Shown piece after piece: positions 49,907-59,534 of a stretch of 64,000 nt of DNA (its first letter is position 1; each line of letters opens with the position of its first letter). The notes beneath the pieces were generated by a model. The model made no database searches and was not told where the DNA came from. It saw only the letters and a program-made list of their open reading frames with translations. A program made the translations under genes and the position numbers. The stretch is taken from positions 1 to 64,000 of the forward strand of contig JBDRQI010000009.1 in assembly GCA_043826355.1 (NCBI GenBank). Direction: 5' to 3'. Source of the stretch: Candidatus Omnitrophota bacterium (GTDB lineage Bacteria > Ratteibacteria > UBA8468 > MWAK01).

Positions 49907-50644
49907 ATGGAAAGCATTACTATCTTCTACCCGATGTACAACGAGGAAGCCTGTCTGAAAAGGGCGGTGGAAGCCGCCAGAGAGGTGGGCGACCTGATGT
50001 CCGCGGAAGGTGAAATATCTGACTACGAAATCCTGCTTGTTGATGACGCCTCAACCGATTCCACCGGAAAACTGGCGGATGAACTTTCCGCAAAAGACCG
50101 CCGGGTCAAGGTGGTTCACCACCGGACCAACTGCGGCCTGGGCGGCTCCATGAAGTCCGGGTTTGCCAACGCCGGGATGGACGTCATCCTCTATTCCGAT
50201 GCCGACCTGCCGTTTGACATGATGGAGTTGAGGAAGGCGTACCGGCTGATGCGTTACTACGAAGCCGACCTGGTCTCCGCCTTCCGGTTTGACCGCACCG
50301 GCGAGGGCCGGCGCCGGCTCATCTATTCCAATATTTACAACGCGCTCATCAAAACCTTTTTCCGCCTGCGGGTGAAGGACGTCAACTTTTCGTTTAAATT
50401 GGTACGCCGGGCTATCTTCAAAGAGATAACCCTTAAGTCCGAAGGCAGTTTTATCGATGCGGAACTCCTGGTTAAAACCAGCCGGTACGGTTTTAAAATC
50501 ATCCAGTTCGGGACCGACTATTTTCCGCGCAGCCGCGGGGTTTCCCGGCTTTCCAGCTGGGGCGTAATCCTCAAAATACTCAGGGAGATGTTCCGGTTGC
50601 GCCGGGAAATAAGAGCGATTGTGCCCACCGTCAAAAGAAAATGA
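49907..50644 (+). CDS. GT2 polyprenyl-phosphate sugar transferase (ArnC/FlmF/LgmA-like)
   Basis: PMYNEE, VDDASTD, YSDADLPFD, KDVNFSFK. Confidence 0.85.
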   Translation: MESITIFYPMYNEEACLKRAVEAAREVGDLMSAEGEISDYEILLVDDASTDSTGKLADELSAKDRRVKVVHHRTNCGLGGSMKSGFANAGMDVILYSDADLPFDMMELRKAYRLMRYYEADLVSAFRFDRTGEGRRRLIYSNIYNALIKTFFRLRVKDVNFSFKLVRRAIFKEITLKSEGSFIDAELLVKTSRYGFKIIQFGTDYFPRSRGVSRLSSWGVILKILREMFRLRREIRAIVPTVKRK

Positions 50645-51441
50645 GCCGTTTTTTGATCGTCAACGCCGATGATTTCGGCTTGTGCGCGGAAATAACAACC
50701 GGCATCATCAAGGCACACACCGACGGAATCGTAACCGCCGCTTCCATCGCCGCCAACGGAAGATATTTGAAAGAAGGGATAGCGCTCTTAAAAAATACCG
50801 GGCTTGACCCCGGCGTCCATCTCACCCTGGTGGGCAAAGAAAAGCCGGTTTCCGGACCAATCAGCGGGCTGGTGGATGCTGAAGGATACTTTCTGGCAAA
50901 CTACCGAAAGGTCATAGCCAGAATTCTATCCGGCCGGTTTGACGAAACAGCCCTTAGAAAAGAACTCTTCAGCCAGGTTGGACTCATCCGGAATTACGGC
51001 ATAAACCCAACCCACCTGGACAGCCACCAACACCTGCATCTTTTACCGGCCGTCCGCAATATCGCCTTAGAGATAGCCAAAAAATTCAACCTAAAATGGA
51101 TCCGCCTGCCCTCAGCCAATCCGGCCGGATTTCAGGAAATAGGCCTGAACCTTCTAAGCCGGTCGCTGAAATCACGCGCGCAGCAACAGAAACTGCGTTT
51201 CACCGATTCTTTTCTCGGGTTTCAGGAAAGGGGAAGAATAAATGAAGAACGGCTCGCGCTGATGTTACGGCGCCTCAAATCCGGCCTGACTGAATTGATG
51301 GTCCACCCGGGCCACGATGCTTCCGGCAAATATGACTGGGGCTATCACTGGAAAGATGAATTCCAGGCGCTGACTTCGGAGAGAATAAAAGGGATAATCA
51401 AGGAACAGGGGATAACACTTACCAATTTCGTGGGAAATTAG
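50641..51441 (+). CDS. ChbG/HpnK/YdjC family deacetylase (NaxD/LgmC-like)
   Basis: IVNADDFG, GVHLTL, HLDSHQHLH, ELMVHPG. Confidence 0.92.
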   Translation: MSRFLIVNADDFGLCAEITTGIIKAHTDGIVTAASIAANGRYLKEGIALLKNTGLDPGVHLTLVGKEKPVSGPISGLVDAEGYFLANYRKVIARILSGRFDETALRKELFSQVGLIRNYGINPTHLDSHQHLHLLPAVRNIALEIAKKFNLKWIRLPSANPAGFQEIGLNLLSRSLKSRAQQQKLRFTDSFLGFQERGRINEERLALMLRRLKSGLTELMVHPGHDASGKYDWGYHWKDEFQALTSERIKGIIKEQGITLTNFVGN

Positions 51442-51526
51442 GGGAAATTAGGGACAGCCCCCATATTTCCTTACGGCAACTACAGATGACAGACATAGGA
51501 AATATGGGGGCTGTCCCTAATTTCCC
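51442..51526. repeat. Perfect 30-bp inverted repeat with 25-bp spacer
   Basis: GGGAAATTAGGGACAGCCCCCATATTTCCT (51442-51471) and its exact reverse complement (51497-51526). Confidence 0.93.
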
Positions 51527-51533
51527 TACCATT

Positions 51534-53096
51534 ATGAAAGAGCGGAAAATAACTTTACTTGCCCTCGCCATAATCCTCGGTTTCCTGGTCTTCCGCATCT
51601 TTTACATCGCAACGACCGGGTATGACCTTTCCGATGACGAGGCCTATTTCTGGGACTGGTCCCGCCATCCGGCGCTCAGTTATTACGACCAGGGGCCGAT
51701 GGTCGCCTGGATTATCCGGTTATTCACCCACTTCCTGTCCCTCTCGCCGTTTTCCGTAAGAATCGGCGCCCCCATCTTTATGGCCCTGACCGGCCTGGTC
51801 ATCTATCTTCTGGCCAAAGATATAATGAAATCTTCCGGTCTGGCGCTAATCGTCCTGCTTCTCTTTCACCTTACCCCGCTGGGGGCGGCCGGCGGTATCA
51901 TTATGACTTATTACGCCCCCCAGGTCTTCTTTATGGCGCTGGTTGCCTTATTCCTGTGGCAGATAGTCAAAAGCGGAGAGGGGCGGTGGTGGTACCCGCT
52001 CGGCGTCTGCCTGGGCCTGGGCCTGCTTTCCCATCATATGTTCTTCTTCTTCACGGCCGAAGTGGGCCTCTTTCTTCTCCTTTCTCCCAAAAACCGGCGC
52101 TGGCTTAAGAGGAAAGAACCCTATCTGTCGCTCCTGCTGATGCTGCTGACCGCCAGCCCCCTGATTATCTGGAACCTCAGTCATAATATGGTGATGTTCC
52201 GGCACGCCCTGGGAATGATGTCCAAGCCGCAGCATATTGCCCGGCCGCTGAATGAGCTTATGCAATACATCGGCGGTCAGGCCGGTGTCCAGACCCCGCT
52301 TTTTTTTCTGGCGGTTCTCTGGGGATTATGCGTCAGCGGATATCGGGGCCTGAAATTCAAGATACCCCTCACCCGTCCCTCTCCCCCAGGGGGAGAGGAT
52401 AAAGGTGAGGGGTATCTGTTTCTCTTCTGCCTTTCGGCGCCGGTGCTTTTATTCATTGCGCTCTTAAGCCTGGGCGGCCGCAGCGAAGCAAACTGGCCGG
52501 CCGCCGGTTACATTACCGGCGCAATCGCCGCCGTTTACGTTCTGGCAGAAAGATACCGGACCGGAAAGAAACCGGCCCGGATTATCATCACGGCATCACT
52601 GGCGCTGACCCTGGTCCTCGGTATCCTGGCTACGGCTGTCGCTTATTATCCGGCCTTCACATATAAAATCGGCATCAGGATAACGCCGGAGAACGACCCG
52701 GCAAACCGGCTCTACGGCTGGAAAGCGCTGGGTAAAGAGGTCTCTGAAGTTTTAAAAGATATGCCGGCCGGAACTTTTGTGGCGGCCAGCGGGTACGGCC
52801 AGGCCGCGGAACTGGCTTTTTACGTGGCGGGGAATCCGGAAGTTTTCGCGCTGCCGGCCGGAAGGCGTTTCAGCCAGTATGATTTCTGGAACAAAAATAT
52901 GGATGTGGCCGGTAAGGATGCAGTCTTTGCCGATTACCGGCCGATGACCGAAGGGGCAAAAAAATTATTCCTCAAGGTTAAACCGGAAAGCTGCCTGATT
53001 ATCCGCGACCGGCACAGCGGCCTTACCCGGCGCACATTTTATATCTACCGCTGCTACGATTACCGGCCCCCGACCGAGAACCTGTTCAAATTTTGA
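51534..53096 (+). CDS. ArnT/PMT family (GT83/GT39) membrane glycosyltransferase
   Basis: DDEAYFWDWSRH..LSYYDQGP, PLIIWN, EANW; start re-assigned to ATG 51534. Confidence 0.88.
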   Translation: MKERKITLLALAIILGFLVFRIFYIATTGYDLSDDEAYFWDWSRHPALSYYDQGPMVAWIIRLFTHFLSLSPFSVRIGAPIFMALTGLVIYLLAKDIMKSSGLALIVLLLFHLTPLGAAGGIIMTYYAPQVFFMALVALFLWQIVKSGEGRWWYPLGVCLGLGLLSHHMFFFFTAEVGLFLLLSPKNRRWLKRKEPYLSLLLMLLTASPLIIWNLSHNMVMFRHALGMMSKPQHIARPLNELMQYIGGQAGVQTPLFFLAVLWGLCVSGYRGLKFKIPLTRPSPPGGEDKGEGYLFLFCLSAPVLLFIALLSLGGRSEANWPAAGYITGAIAAVYVLAERYRTGKKPARIIITASLALTLVLGILATAVAYYPAFTYKIGIRITPENDPANRLYGWKALGKEVSEVLKDMPAGTFVAASGYGQAAELAFYVAGNPEVFALPAGRRFSQYDFWNKNMDVAGKDAVFADYRPMTEGAKKLFLKVKPESCLIIRDRHSGLTRRTFYIYRCYDYRPPTENLFKF

Positions 53097-53107
53097 TGCG
53101 CATTATC

Positions 53108-53180
53108 TGTCATTCTGAGCGATAGCGAAGAATCCCGTTGTTAAATACGAGATCCTTCGCAAAACCGGCTCAGGATGACA
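53108..53180. repeat. TGTCA...TGACA inverted-pair element
   Basis: TGTCATTCTGAGCGATAGCGAAGAATC...GATCCTTCGCAAAACCGGCTCAGGATGACA. Confidence 0.9.
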
Positions 53181-53184
53181 CTGC

Positions 53185-55740
53185 TTAGTCATACCCGAAC
53201 TTCCGGACAAACCAGGTCTTGACCCCCTGGACCATAAACAGGTAGGTAATAACAATCAGGAAAAGGATGGCGAAATACGAGGCAGGCGGCGTCACAAAAC
53301 CGAAAAATTTAGCGACCGGGGAAAGTGCGATAATCATGCCGATAGAAACAATCAGGATGGAGGTCAGGATTAAAAACCGGCTCGGCCGGCTCTCCAGGAA
53401 AGGAACCTTGCCGGTCCGGATGACGTGAATAACCAGGGTTTGGGTACAGAGCGATTCAATGAACCACCCGGTCTGGAAAAGCGGCGCAGAAGCGCGAAAT
53501 ACGAACAACATAATACCAAAGGTCAAAAAATCAAAGACGGAACTGATGGGTCCGATAATGACCATAAATTTTTTGATGGCGCTGACGTTCCAGGGCCTGG
53601 GTTTCAGAAGATAGTCCTTGTCAATGTTGTCGGTCGGAATGGCAAGCTGGGAAAGGTCGTAAAGAAAGTTGTTGAGCAATATCTGGATGGGCAACATCGG
53701 CAAAAACGGCAAAAAGAGACTGCCGCCGGTCATGCTGAACATATTACCGAAATTGGAACTGGACCCCATCTTAACGTACTTAACGATGTTGCCGAAAGTC
53801 TTTCTGCCCTCAACCACACCGTCTTCCAGCACCATCAAACTCTTTTTCAAAAGAATAATATCGGCTGATTCCTTGGCAATATCAACGGAATTGTTTACCG
53901 AGATGCCGACGTCGGATGCCTTCAGCGCCGGAGCGTCGTTGATGCCGTCGCCCAGGTAGCCGACAATCCGTTTGTTGTCCCTCAGGGCGTTAATTATACG
54001 CTCCTTCTGTAAGGGTGAAAGCCGGGCAAAAACGCCGGTGGTCTCAACTAGTTCCCGCAACTCTTTAGGGCTGAGGGTGTCCAAACAATCACCGGTCACC
54101 AGGTTGGTTACGTCAAGTCCGACGTCGCTGCAAATCTTCCGGGTAACCAGTTCGTTATCGCCGGTCAGGACCTTCAGCTCAACACCCAAATTCTTCAGAG
54201 CCCGGATTGCGTCTTTCGCCGTAGATTTCGGCGGGTCAAGGAACGCGACGTAACCCTTTAAAATCAGGTCTTTTTCGTCGTCCCGGGCATAGGCCTCTTT
54301 TTTAGCCTCAATGTCTTTGTAGGCAATCGCCAGAACCCGGTATCCCTCCGCGCTTAAACTGTCGTACTCTTCCTTCAGGTCGGAAAGGATTAAGTCTTCA
54401 ATGTCAAACAATTCACCGTCCAGCTCATACCGGGAACACCGCTTGAAAATCTCTTCCGGAGCGCCCTTGGAAATCAATTTATCCTTGCCGTCCATCTCCA
54501 CGACCACCGACATTATTCTCCGGGAAAAATCAAACGGTATTTCGTCCACTTTCTTAAACTGTTTAACCGGCAGTTTTGCGTACTTTAGGATGGCGCGGTC
54601 CAGCAGGTTCTTCAGCCCGGTCTGGTAGAAACTATTTAGATAGGCATATCTTAAAACGTCCTCATCCTCCTGCCTGATTACGTCGCAGTGCTTTTCCAGC
54701 ACAATTTTATCCAGGGTGAGGGTGCCGGTCTTATCGGTACAGAGCACATCCATCGCGCCGAAATTCTGAATGGAGTTAAGGCGCTTGACGATGACCTGTT
54801 TTTTGGCCATAACAATGGCGCCCCGGGAAAGGTTAATGGCCACAATCATCGGGAGCATCTGCGGGGCAAGGCCGACCGCCACACCTAAAGAAAAGAGCAG
54901 CGCCTCAATCCAATTACCGCGGCGCATGGCATTGATGGCGAAAATAAACATTACCATAAAGAACATGGCACGGAGCATCAGCCAGGTAAAGCCCCGCATG
55001 CCCTTTTCAAAACCGGTTTCCGTGCGCATCGCGGCAATCCGCCTGGAGAGTTCACCGAACCGGGTGGAAATGCCGGTCTTGATGACAACGCCGAGCGCGG
55101 TTCCGCTCACGACGCTGGAACCCATAAAAGCGATATTACTGAATTCGGAAGTAGTATTGCCTGCAGGTTGGACTGGCGTGGGGACTTTCTCAATCGGAAA
55201 TGACTCTCCGGTCAGGGAGGCCTGGTTGATAAAAAGGTCCTTGCCGGAAATAATGCGCATATCTGCCGGCATCATATCTCCGGCGGATAAATCCACAATG
55301 TCCCCGGGCACAATCTCCCGAATCTTTATTTCGCGGAGTCGGCCGTTCCGGTAAACGGTGGCGGTGGCGCGAACCATTTCGCTCAGTTTCTCCGCCTCTT
55401 TCCCGGCGCGGTGCTCCTGGGCAAAGGAAAGAAAAACGCTCATGGCGGCCATCAGAAAAACCAGGACAGCGCTGATTTTTTCTCCGAAGAAAAGCGAAAA
55501 TGATGCGATGATAAGCAGCACGACAACCAGCGGATTAATAAACTTGGAGAGTATCTGGACGATTACCGTCCTCTTCTTTTTCCGGGCGGGCTCATTATAA
55601 CCGTATTCCTCCAGCCGGCTTTCAACTTCTCTTTCGGAGAGACCTTTTAAAGAAGTATTGAACTTCCTTAAAATTTCCTCCGGCGAAGAACTGAGGTATT
55701 CCGGGTCCGAAATCGGCGTCTTTTGTCCGTTATTAACCAT
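53185..55740 (-). CDS. mgtA: Magnesium-translocating P-type ATPase
   Basis: LTGES, IQNFGAMDVLCTDKTGTLT, DEIPFDF, GDGINDAPAL, SSNFGNMFS, FQTGWFIESL. Confidence 0.95.
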   Translation of the reverse strand: MVNNGQKTPISDPEYLSSSPEEILRKFNTSLKGLSEREVESRLEEYGYNEPARKKKRTVIVQILSKFINPLVVVLLIIASFSLFFGEKISAVLVFLMAAMSVFLSFAQEHRAGKEAEKLSEMVRATATVYRNGRLREIKIREIVPGDIVDLSAGDMMPADMRIISGKDLFINQASLTGESFPIEKVPTPVQPAGNTTSEFSNIAFMGSSVVSGTALGVVIKTGISTRFGELSRRIAAMRTETGFEKGMRGFTWLMLRAMFFMVMFIFAINAMRRGNWIEALLFSLGVAVGLAPQMLPMIVAINLSRGAIVMAKKQVIVKRLNSIQNFGAMDVLCTDKTGTLTLDKIVLEKHCDVIRQEDEDVLRYAYLNSFYQTGLKNLLDRAILKYAKLPVKQFKKVDEIPFDFSRRIMSVVVEMDGKDKLISKGAPEEIFKRCSRYELDGELFDIEDLILSDLKEEYDSLSAEGYRVLAIAYKDIEAKKEAYARDDEKDLILKGYVAFLDPPKSTAKDAIRALKNLGVELKVLTGDNELVTRKICSDVGLDVTNLVTGDCLDTLSPKELRELVETTGVFARLSPLQKERIINALRDNKRIVGYLGDGINDAPALKASDVGISVNNSVDIAKESADIILLKKSLMVLEDGVVEGRKTFGNIVKYVKMGSSSNFGNMFSMTGGSLFLPFLPMLPIQILLNNFLYDLSQLAIPTDNIDKDYLLKPRPWNVSAIKKFMVIIGPISSVFDFLTFGIMLFVFRASAPLFQTGWFIESLCTQTLVIHVIRTGKVPFLESRPSRFLILTSILIVSIGMIIALSPVAKFFGFVTPPASYFAILFLIVITYLFMVQGVKTWFVRKFGYD

Positions 55741-55922
55741 AGGGCTGAAAGTTTGAGAAAAAAATCTTGAAGTATATGTTATCATATTAATAAAGTATTC
55801 CAGAAATTGACACGGGATTCTTCACTGCGTTCAGAATGACAAATCCGTGTCATACCCGCGGATAGTTGGCGGGTATCCAAAAATTTTCTTTATTTACTCG
55901 CTCGGCAACTACAATTAACAGC

Positions 55923-56486
55923 ATGATTAAAAAAACGCGTTTATCCTTAAAATTAAAAAGGGTTATCCTCGCTGCCTCCGTTCTGGTTCTGACCGCCGGC
56001 TCCGTTTACCTGCATTTTGACCGGACCGGCAACTTCCGCATCGTCAGCCCGGGCCGGGTTTACCGGTCCGGGCAGTTGACGGAAAAACAACTGGAGGAAT
56101 ACGCCGGGAAATACGGCCTCAAGAGCATTCTGAACCTCCGGGGAAAAAACGAGCGCGCCGACTGGTGGAAAAAAGAGGTTGCCGTAGCCGACCGGCTGGG
56201 TCTGAAACATTACGACCTTGGGCTGTCGTCTCGCAAAGAACCCACCGAACAAGAGTTACAGGAATTAATCGCCGTTCTGCAGGAAGCGCCGAAACCGCTC
56301 TTGATACATTGTTTCGGAGGCGCGGACCGCAGCGGCCTGGCTTCCGCCATCTACCTTTGCCGGTTTGAAGGGTACCCCTACGAAAAGGCGCGGAAACAAC
56401 TATCTTTTATCTATGGTCACAGCACTTTGTTATATCCAGACAAAAAAGCGATGGACCGGGCCTTCGCCAATTTTTGCGTAAGATAA
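55923..56486 (+). CDS. Exported tyrosine/dual-specificity phosphatase family protein
   Basis: YRSGQ, NLRG, HCFGGADRSG (CX5R); N-terminal TM; start re-assigned to ATG 55923. Confidence 0.85.
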   Translation: MIKKTRLSLKLKRVILAASVLVLTAGSVYLHFDRTGNFRIVSPGRVYRSGQLTEKQLEEYAGKYGLKSILNLRGKNERADWWKKEVAVADRLGLKHYDLGLSSRKEPTEQELQELIAVLQEAPKPLLIHCFGGADRSGLASAIYLCRFEGYPYEKARKQLSFIYGHSTLLYPDKKAMDRAFANFCVR

Positions 56487-56495
56487 AACAATGCA

Positions 56496-56592
56496 TGTCA
56501 TTCTGAGTGAAACGAAGAATCCCGTCCTTAACTGCGCGATCCTTCGCAACTACGGCTCAGGATGACAGAGTGTTTAACGGCTCAGGATGACA
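56496..56592. repeat. TGTCA...TGACA inverted-pair element with extra half-copy
   Basis: TGTCATTCTGAGTGAAACGAAGAATC...GGCTCAGGATGACA twice. Confidence 0.88.
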
Positions 56593-56602
56593 GAATTGCC
56601 AT

Positions 56603-59428
56603 ATGGAAAGAACGATTGAGGTACGGGTAATTCCCCGGGCCGGACGGAACGAGGTAAAAGAAGATGGAGAACAGTTGAGGGTGTACCTGACCGCGCCGGC
56701 GGAAGAGAACCGGGCCAACCAGGCGCTGATTAAGATCCTGGCAGAATATTGGGGGGTCAAAAAATCTATGGTTACCATCAAAAAAGGGCTGCGCAGCCGG
56801 CAGAAAGTAATTAAGGTAATCACCCTCCTAACGCTGATTCTGTTGCGGACCTCTTTCTCTTCCGCCGCGGAACTTCCTCAGCGCCGGATTTCTGAATTTC
56901 ACCCGGACAACGGATTCACCCTGCTCGCAGAGGAGGTCTCCGGCAGTCAACTGGCAAACTTTTCCCTGTTAATAAAGACCGGGTCAACCACCGAAGGCAC
57001 CCTGATGGGAAGCGGGGTTACCCATCTTCTGGAACACCTTATCTTTAAAGGAAAGGAAACGGAACGGCTGTCCGCGGTGGTGGAGAATAACGGCGGTTAC
57101 ACCAACGCCTATACCACGCATGATTATACGCTCTTTACGGCCACCGTGCCCGCCGAAAGTTGGCGGGAAATAATGCCGGCGCTCCTGCGTTCAATCTTTC
57201 AGCCGGACTTCACCCCGGAAGATTTCAGCAAAGAACGGGAGGTTGTCCTCAGGGAGATAAGCCGCAACGAAGACCAGCCCGGTTATCAGGCCAGCCGCAA
57301 CCTCTGGAATGCCGCATTCCTGGTCCATCCCTACCGTTTTCCAATCGGTGGTTATCCGGCGGTTCTTTCGGAAATAACCTACGCGGACTTAAAAGCATAC
57401 CACCGCGCCTCTTATGCGCCGGGAAACGCAATACTGTCGGTAGCCGGGCCGGTTCCGGCGGAGGAACTCAAAAAAATCTGCGTTGAATCTCTGTTTGAAT
57501 ACAAGGCACAACCGGCATACCTCCCGACGGTTCCAGCCGAACCGGCGCAAATAAGTTCCCGGGAAAGAATGACCGAGTTCCCAACTCAACTAACTTACCT
57601 TTATTTCGGCTATCACATTGGCAGCCTGGCAGATAAGGACACCGTTGCGCTGGACATTCTGGCCGATATCCTGGGCAGAGGAAAAACCTCGCGGCTTTAC
57701 CGGGCGCTGATTGAAAAGAAACTGGCTTATTCGGTGGGCAGCACCGCCTATACGCCAAAAGACCCGGGGCTCTTTATCGTTACCGCAGTCTGCCTTCCGG
57801 AAAAAACGGAGGAGGTTAAAGAAGTTATCCGAAAAGAGATTAAAAAAATCGGTTCCGGCATCTCCCGAAAGGAGTTGGCGGAAACGCAAAAAGGGATACG
57901 AAGTTCCCTCCTTTTTGGCCTGGAAACGGTTGAGGGCAGGGCATCCGACCTTGCCGTCAACTATTTTTTGACCGGAAATCCGCTCTATTCCCAAGCATAT
58001 CTGGCAGAGATAAACCGGGTAAAAGAAACGGATGTAAAGATGGCCGCGCAAAAATACCTGCGTGAGGAAAATCTTACTTTTTCAGCGGTCGAACCAGCCG
58101 CCGCTCCAGCCACCCCCTCAATTCAAAATATCCTCCCCTCTCGCGCCAAAGGCGCACTCGCCTCTGGCGAGGACGGGGGAGGCGAGGCGGGGGTGAAAGG
58201 CACTCCGGCAATAAAGCTGGAACATTTAAAAAACGGCATCCCTCTTTTAATAAAAGAAGAACGCAATTTGCCGATTGTCTCTATTTCGGTCTTTCTGAAA
58301 GGCGGACTCCTTTTTGAGGAAAAAGAGACCGCCGGACTCTTCCCCATCCTTTCAGAACTCCTGATTTCCGGCACAAAGGGAAAAGATAGCCGGCAGATCG
58401 CAGGCATCGTAAATTCCTGGGGCGGGTCCCTGGCGCCCTACAGCGGTAACAACAGTTTCGGCCTTACTTTAAACATGCCCTCGGAATCCTGGGAAAACGG
58501 CCTGAAACTCCTGGCCGAGATATTACAGGAATCAACTTTTCCGGAAAAAGAACTGGACCGGCTCAAAGATGAGGCGTTGGGGGGCATCATCAGCCGGGAA
58601 GAAGACTCAATGGCGAGAGCGGATGAAATTCTCCGGCAGTCCGTCTTCGGCAGCCATCCATACGGGCTGCCGGAAGGCGGGACCAGGGAAAGCGTCCGGC
58701 GCATCGACCAGTCCGTCCTCCGGAAAACCTTCCAAAAATTTCTGGCCAGCAATAACCTGGTCATCACCGTTTTCGGAGACATCAACGAAAAAAAGGTAAG
58801 CGCGGAAGCAAACCGGCTCTTCGCCAAGATGGGTCCGGCGGAAATCGTTTCGCCGGGACCGGCTTCAACAAAAACCTTAACAGCGCTAACCAAAAAGGAA
58901 ACGACTGAAAAGAAGGAGGCGGCTATCCTGATAGGATTCACCGGCGTCTCGGTTGCTTCGGAAGAAAGACCGCAACTTAACCTTTTAGCCGGCCTGCTCA
59001 ACAGCCAGGAAGGCATCCTTTTCCAACGGCTGCGCGAAACAGAACCCCTGGTTTACAGCAGCGGCCTCGGCTATTTTCTGGGTCTGGAACCGGGCCTGCT
59101 TTACTTCTACGCACAATGCCAGCCGGAGAAGACGGCCCGGGTCCGGGAGGTGATAGAAGAAGTCATCGACCAATTAAAGAAACAGGCAATCAGCCCGGCG
59201 GAATTGGAAAGGGTGCGCGCCCGGGTCCTGGGAGGAGAAAAGATCGGCCGGCAGACCCTTTCCAGCCAGGCGCAGGAAGCCGGCCTTTCCCAGCTTTACG
59301 GACTGGGGTATGACTTTCCCGCACAACTGGCGGAGCGGACAATGAAAGTTACGCCGGCCGGTCTGCAAAATTTTGCGCAAAGATATTTCCCGCCGGAGAA
59401 AAAAGTAGTCGTTGTCATCAGCCCGTAA
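56603..59428 (+). CDS. Fusion: DUF167 (YggU-like) domain + signal/TM segment + M16 zinc peptidase
   Basis: VRVIPRAGR..LRVYLTAPAEENRANQALIKILAE..V; then TLLTLILL..SSAA; HLLEH (HXXEH), NAYTTHDYT, HPY. Confidence 0.85.
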   Translation: MERTIEVRVIPRAGRNEVKEDGEQLRVYLTAPAEENRANQALIKILAEYWGVKKSMVTIKKGLRSRQKVIKVITLLTLILLRTSFSSAAELPQRRISEFHPDNGFTLLAEEVSGSQLANFSLLIKTGSTTEGTLMGSGVTHLLEHLIFKGKETERLSAVVENNGGYTNAYTTHDYTLFTATVPAESWREIMPALLRSIFQPDFTPEDFSKEREVVLREISRNEDQPGYQASRNLWNAAFLVHPYRFPIGGYPAVLSEITYADLKAYHRASYAPGNAILSVAGPVPAEELKKICVESLFEYKAQPAYLPTVPAEPAQISSRERMTEFPTQLTYLYFGYHIGSLADKDTVALDILADILGRGKTSRLYRALIEKKLAYSVGSTAYTPKDPGLFIVTAVCLPEKTEEVKEVIRKEIKKIGSGISRKELAETQKGIRSSLLFGLETVEGRASDLAVNYFLTGNPLYSQAYLAEINRVKETDVKMAAQKYLREENLTFSAVEPAAAPATPSIQNILPSRAKGALASGEDGGGEAGVKGTPAIKLEHLKNGIPLLIKEERNLPIVSISVFLKGGLLFEEKETAGLFPILSELLISGTKGKDSRQIAGIVNSWGGSLAPYSGNNSFGLTLNMPSESWENGLKLLAEILQESTFPEKELDRLKDEALGGIISREEDSMARADEILRQSVFGSHPYGLPEGGTRESVRRIDQSVLRKTFQKFLASNNLVITVFGDINEKKVSAEANRLFAKMGPAEIVSPGPASTKTLTALTKKETTEKKEAAILIGFTGVSVASEERPQLNLLAGLLNSQEGILFQRLRETEPLVYSSGLGYFLGLEPGLLYFYAQCQPEKTARVREVIEEVIDQLKKQAISPAELERVRARVLGGEKIGRQTLSSQAQEAGLSQLYGLGYDFPAQLAERTMKVTPAGLQNFAQRYFPPEKKVVVVISP

Positions 59429-59434
59429 ATACAG

Positions 59435-59525
59435 TGTCATTCTAAAACATTATGTCATTCTGAGCGATAGCGAAGAATCTCATTCTTAAATGCGAGATCC
59501 TTCGCAAACACGGCTCAGGATGACA
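59435..59525. repeat. TGTCA...TGACA inverted-pair element
   Basis: TGTCATTCTGAGCGATAGCGAAGAATCT...AGATCCTTCGCAAACACGGCTCAGGATGACA. Confidence 0.9.
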
Positions 59526-59534
59526 AATATTGCA

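Noticed and set aside
45375..59525. Intergenic palindromes as integron attC sites
   Set aside because: No consistent RYYYAAC/GTTRRRY ends, they flank housekeeping genes of both orientations, and no integron integrase is present.
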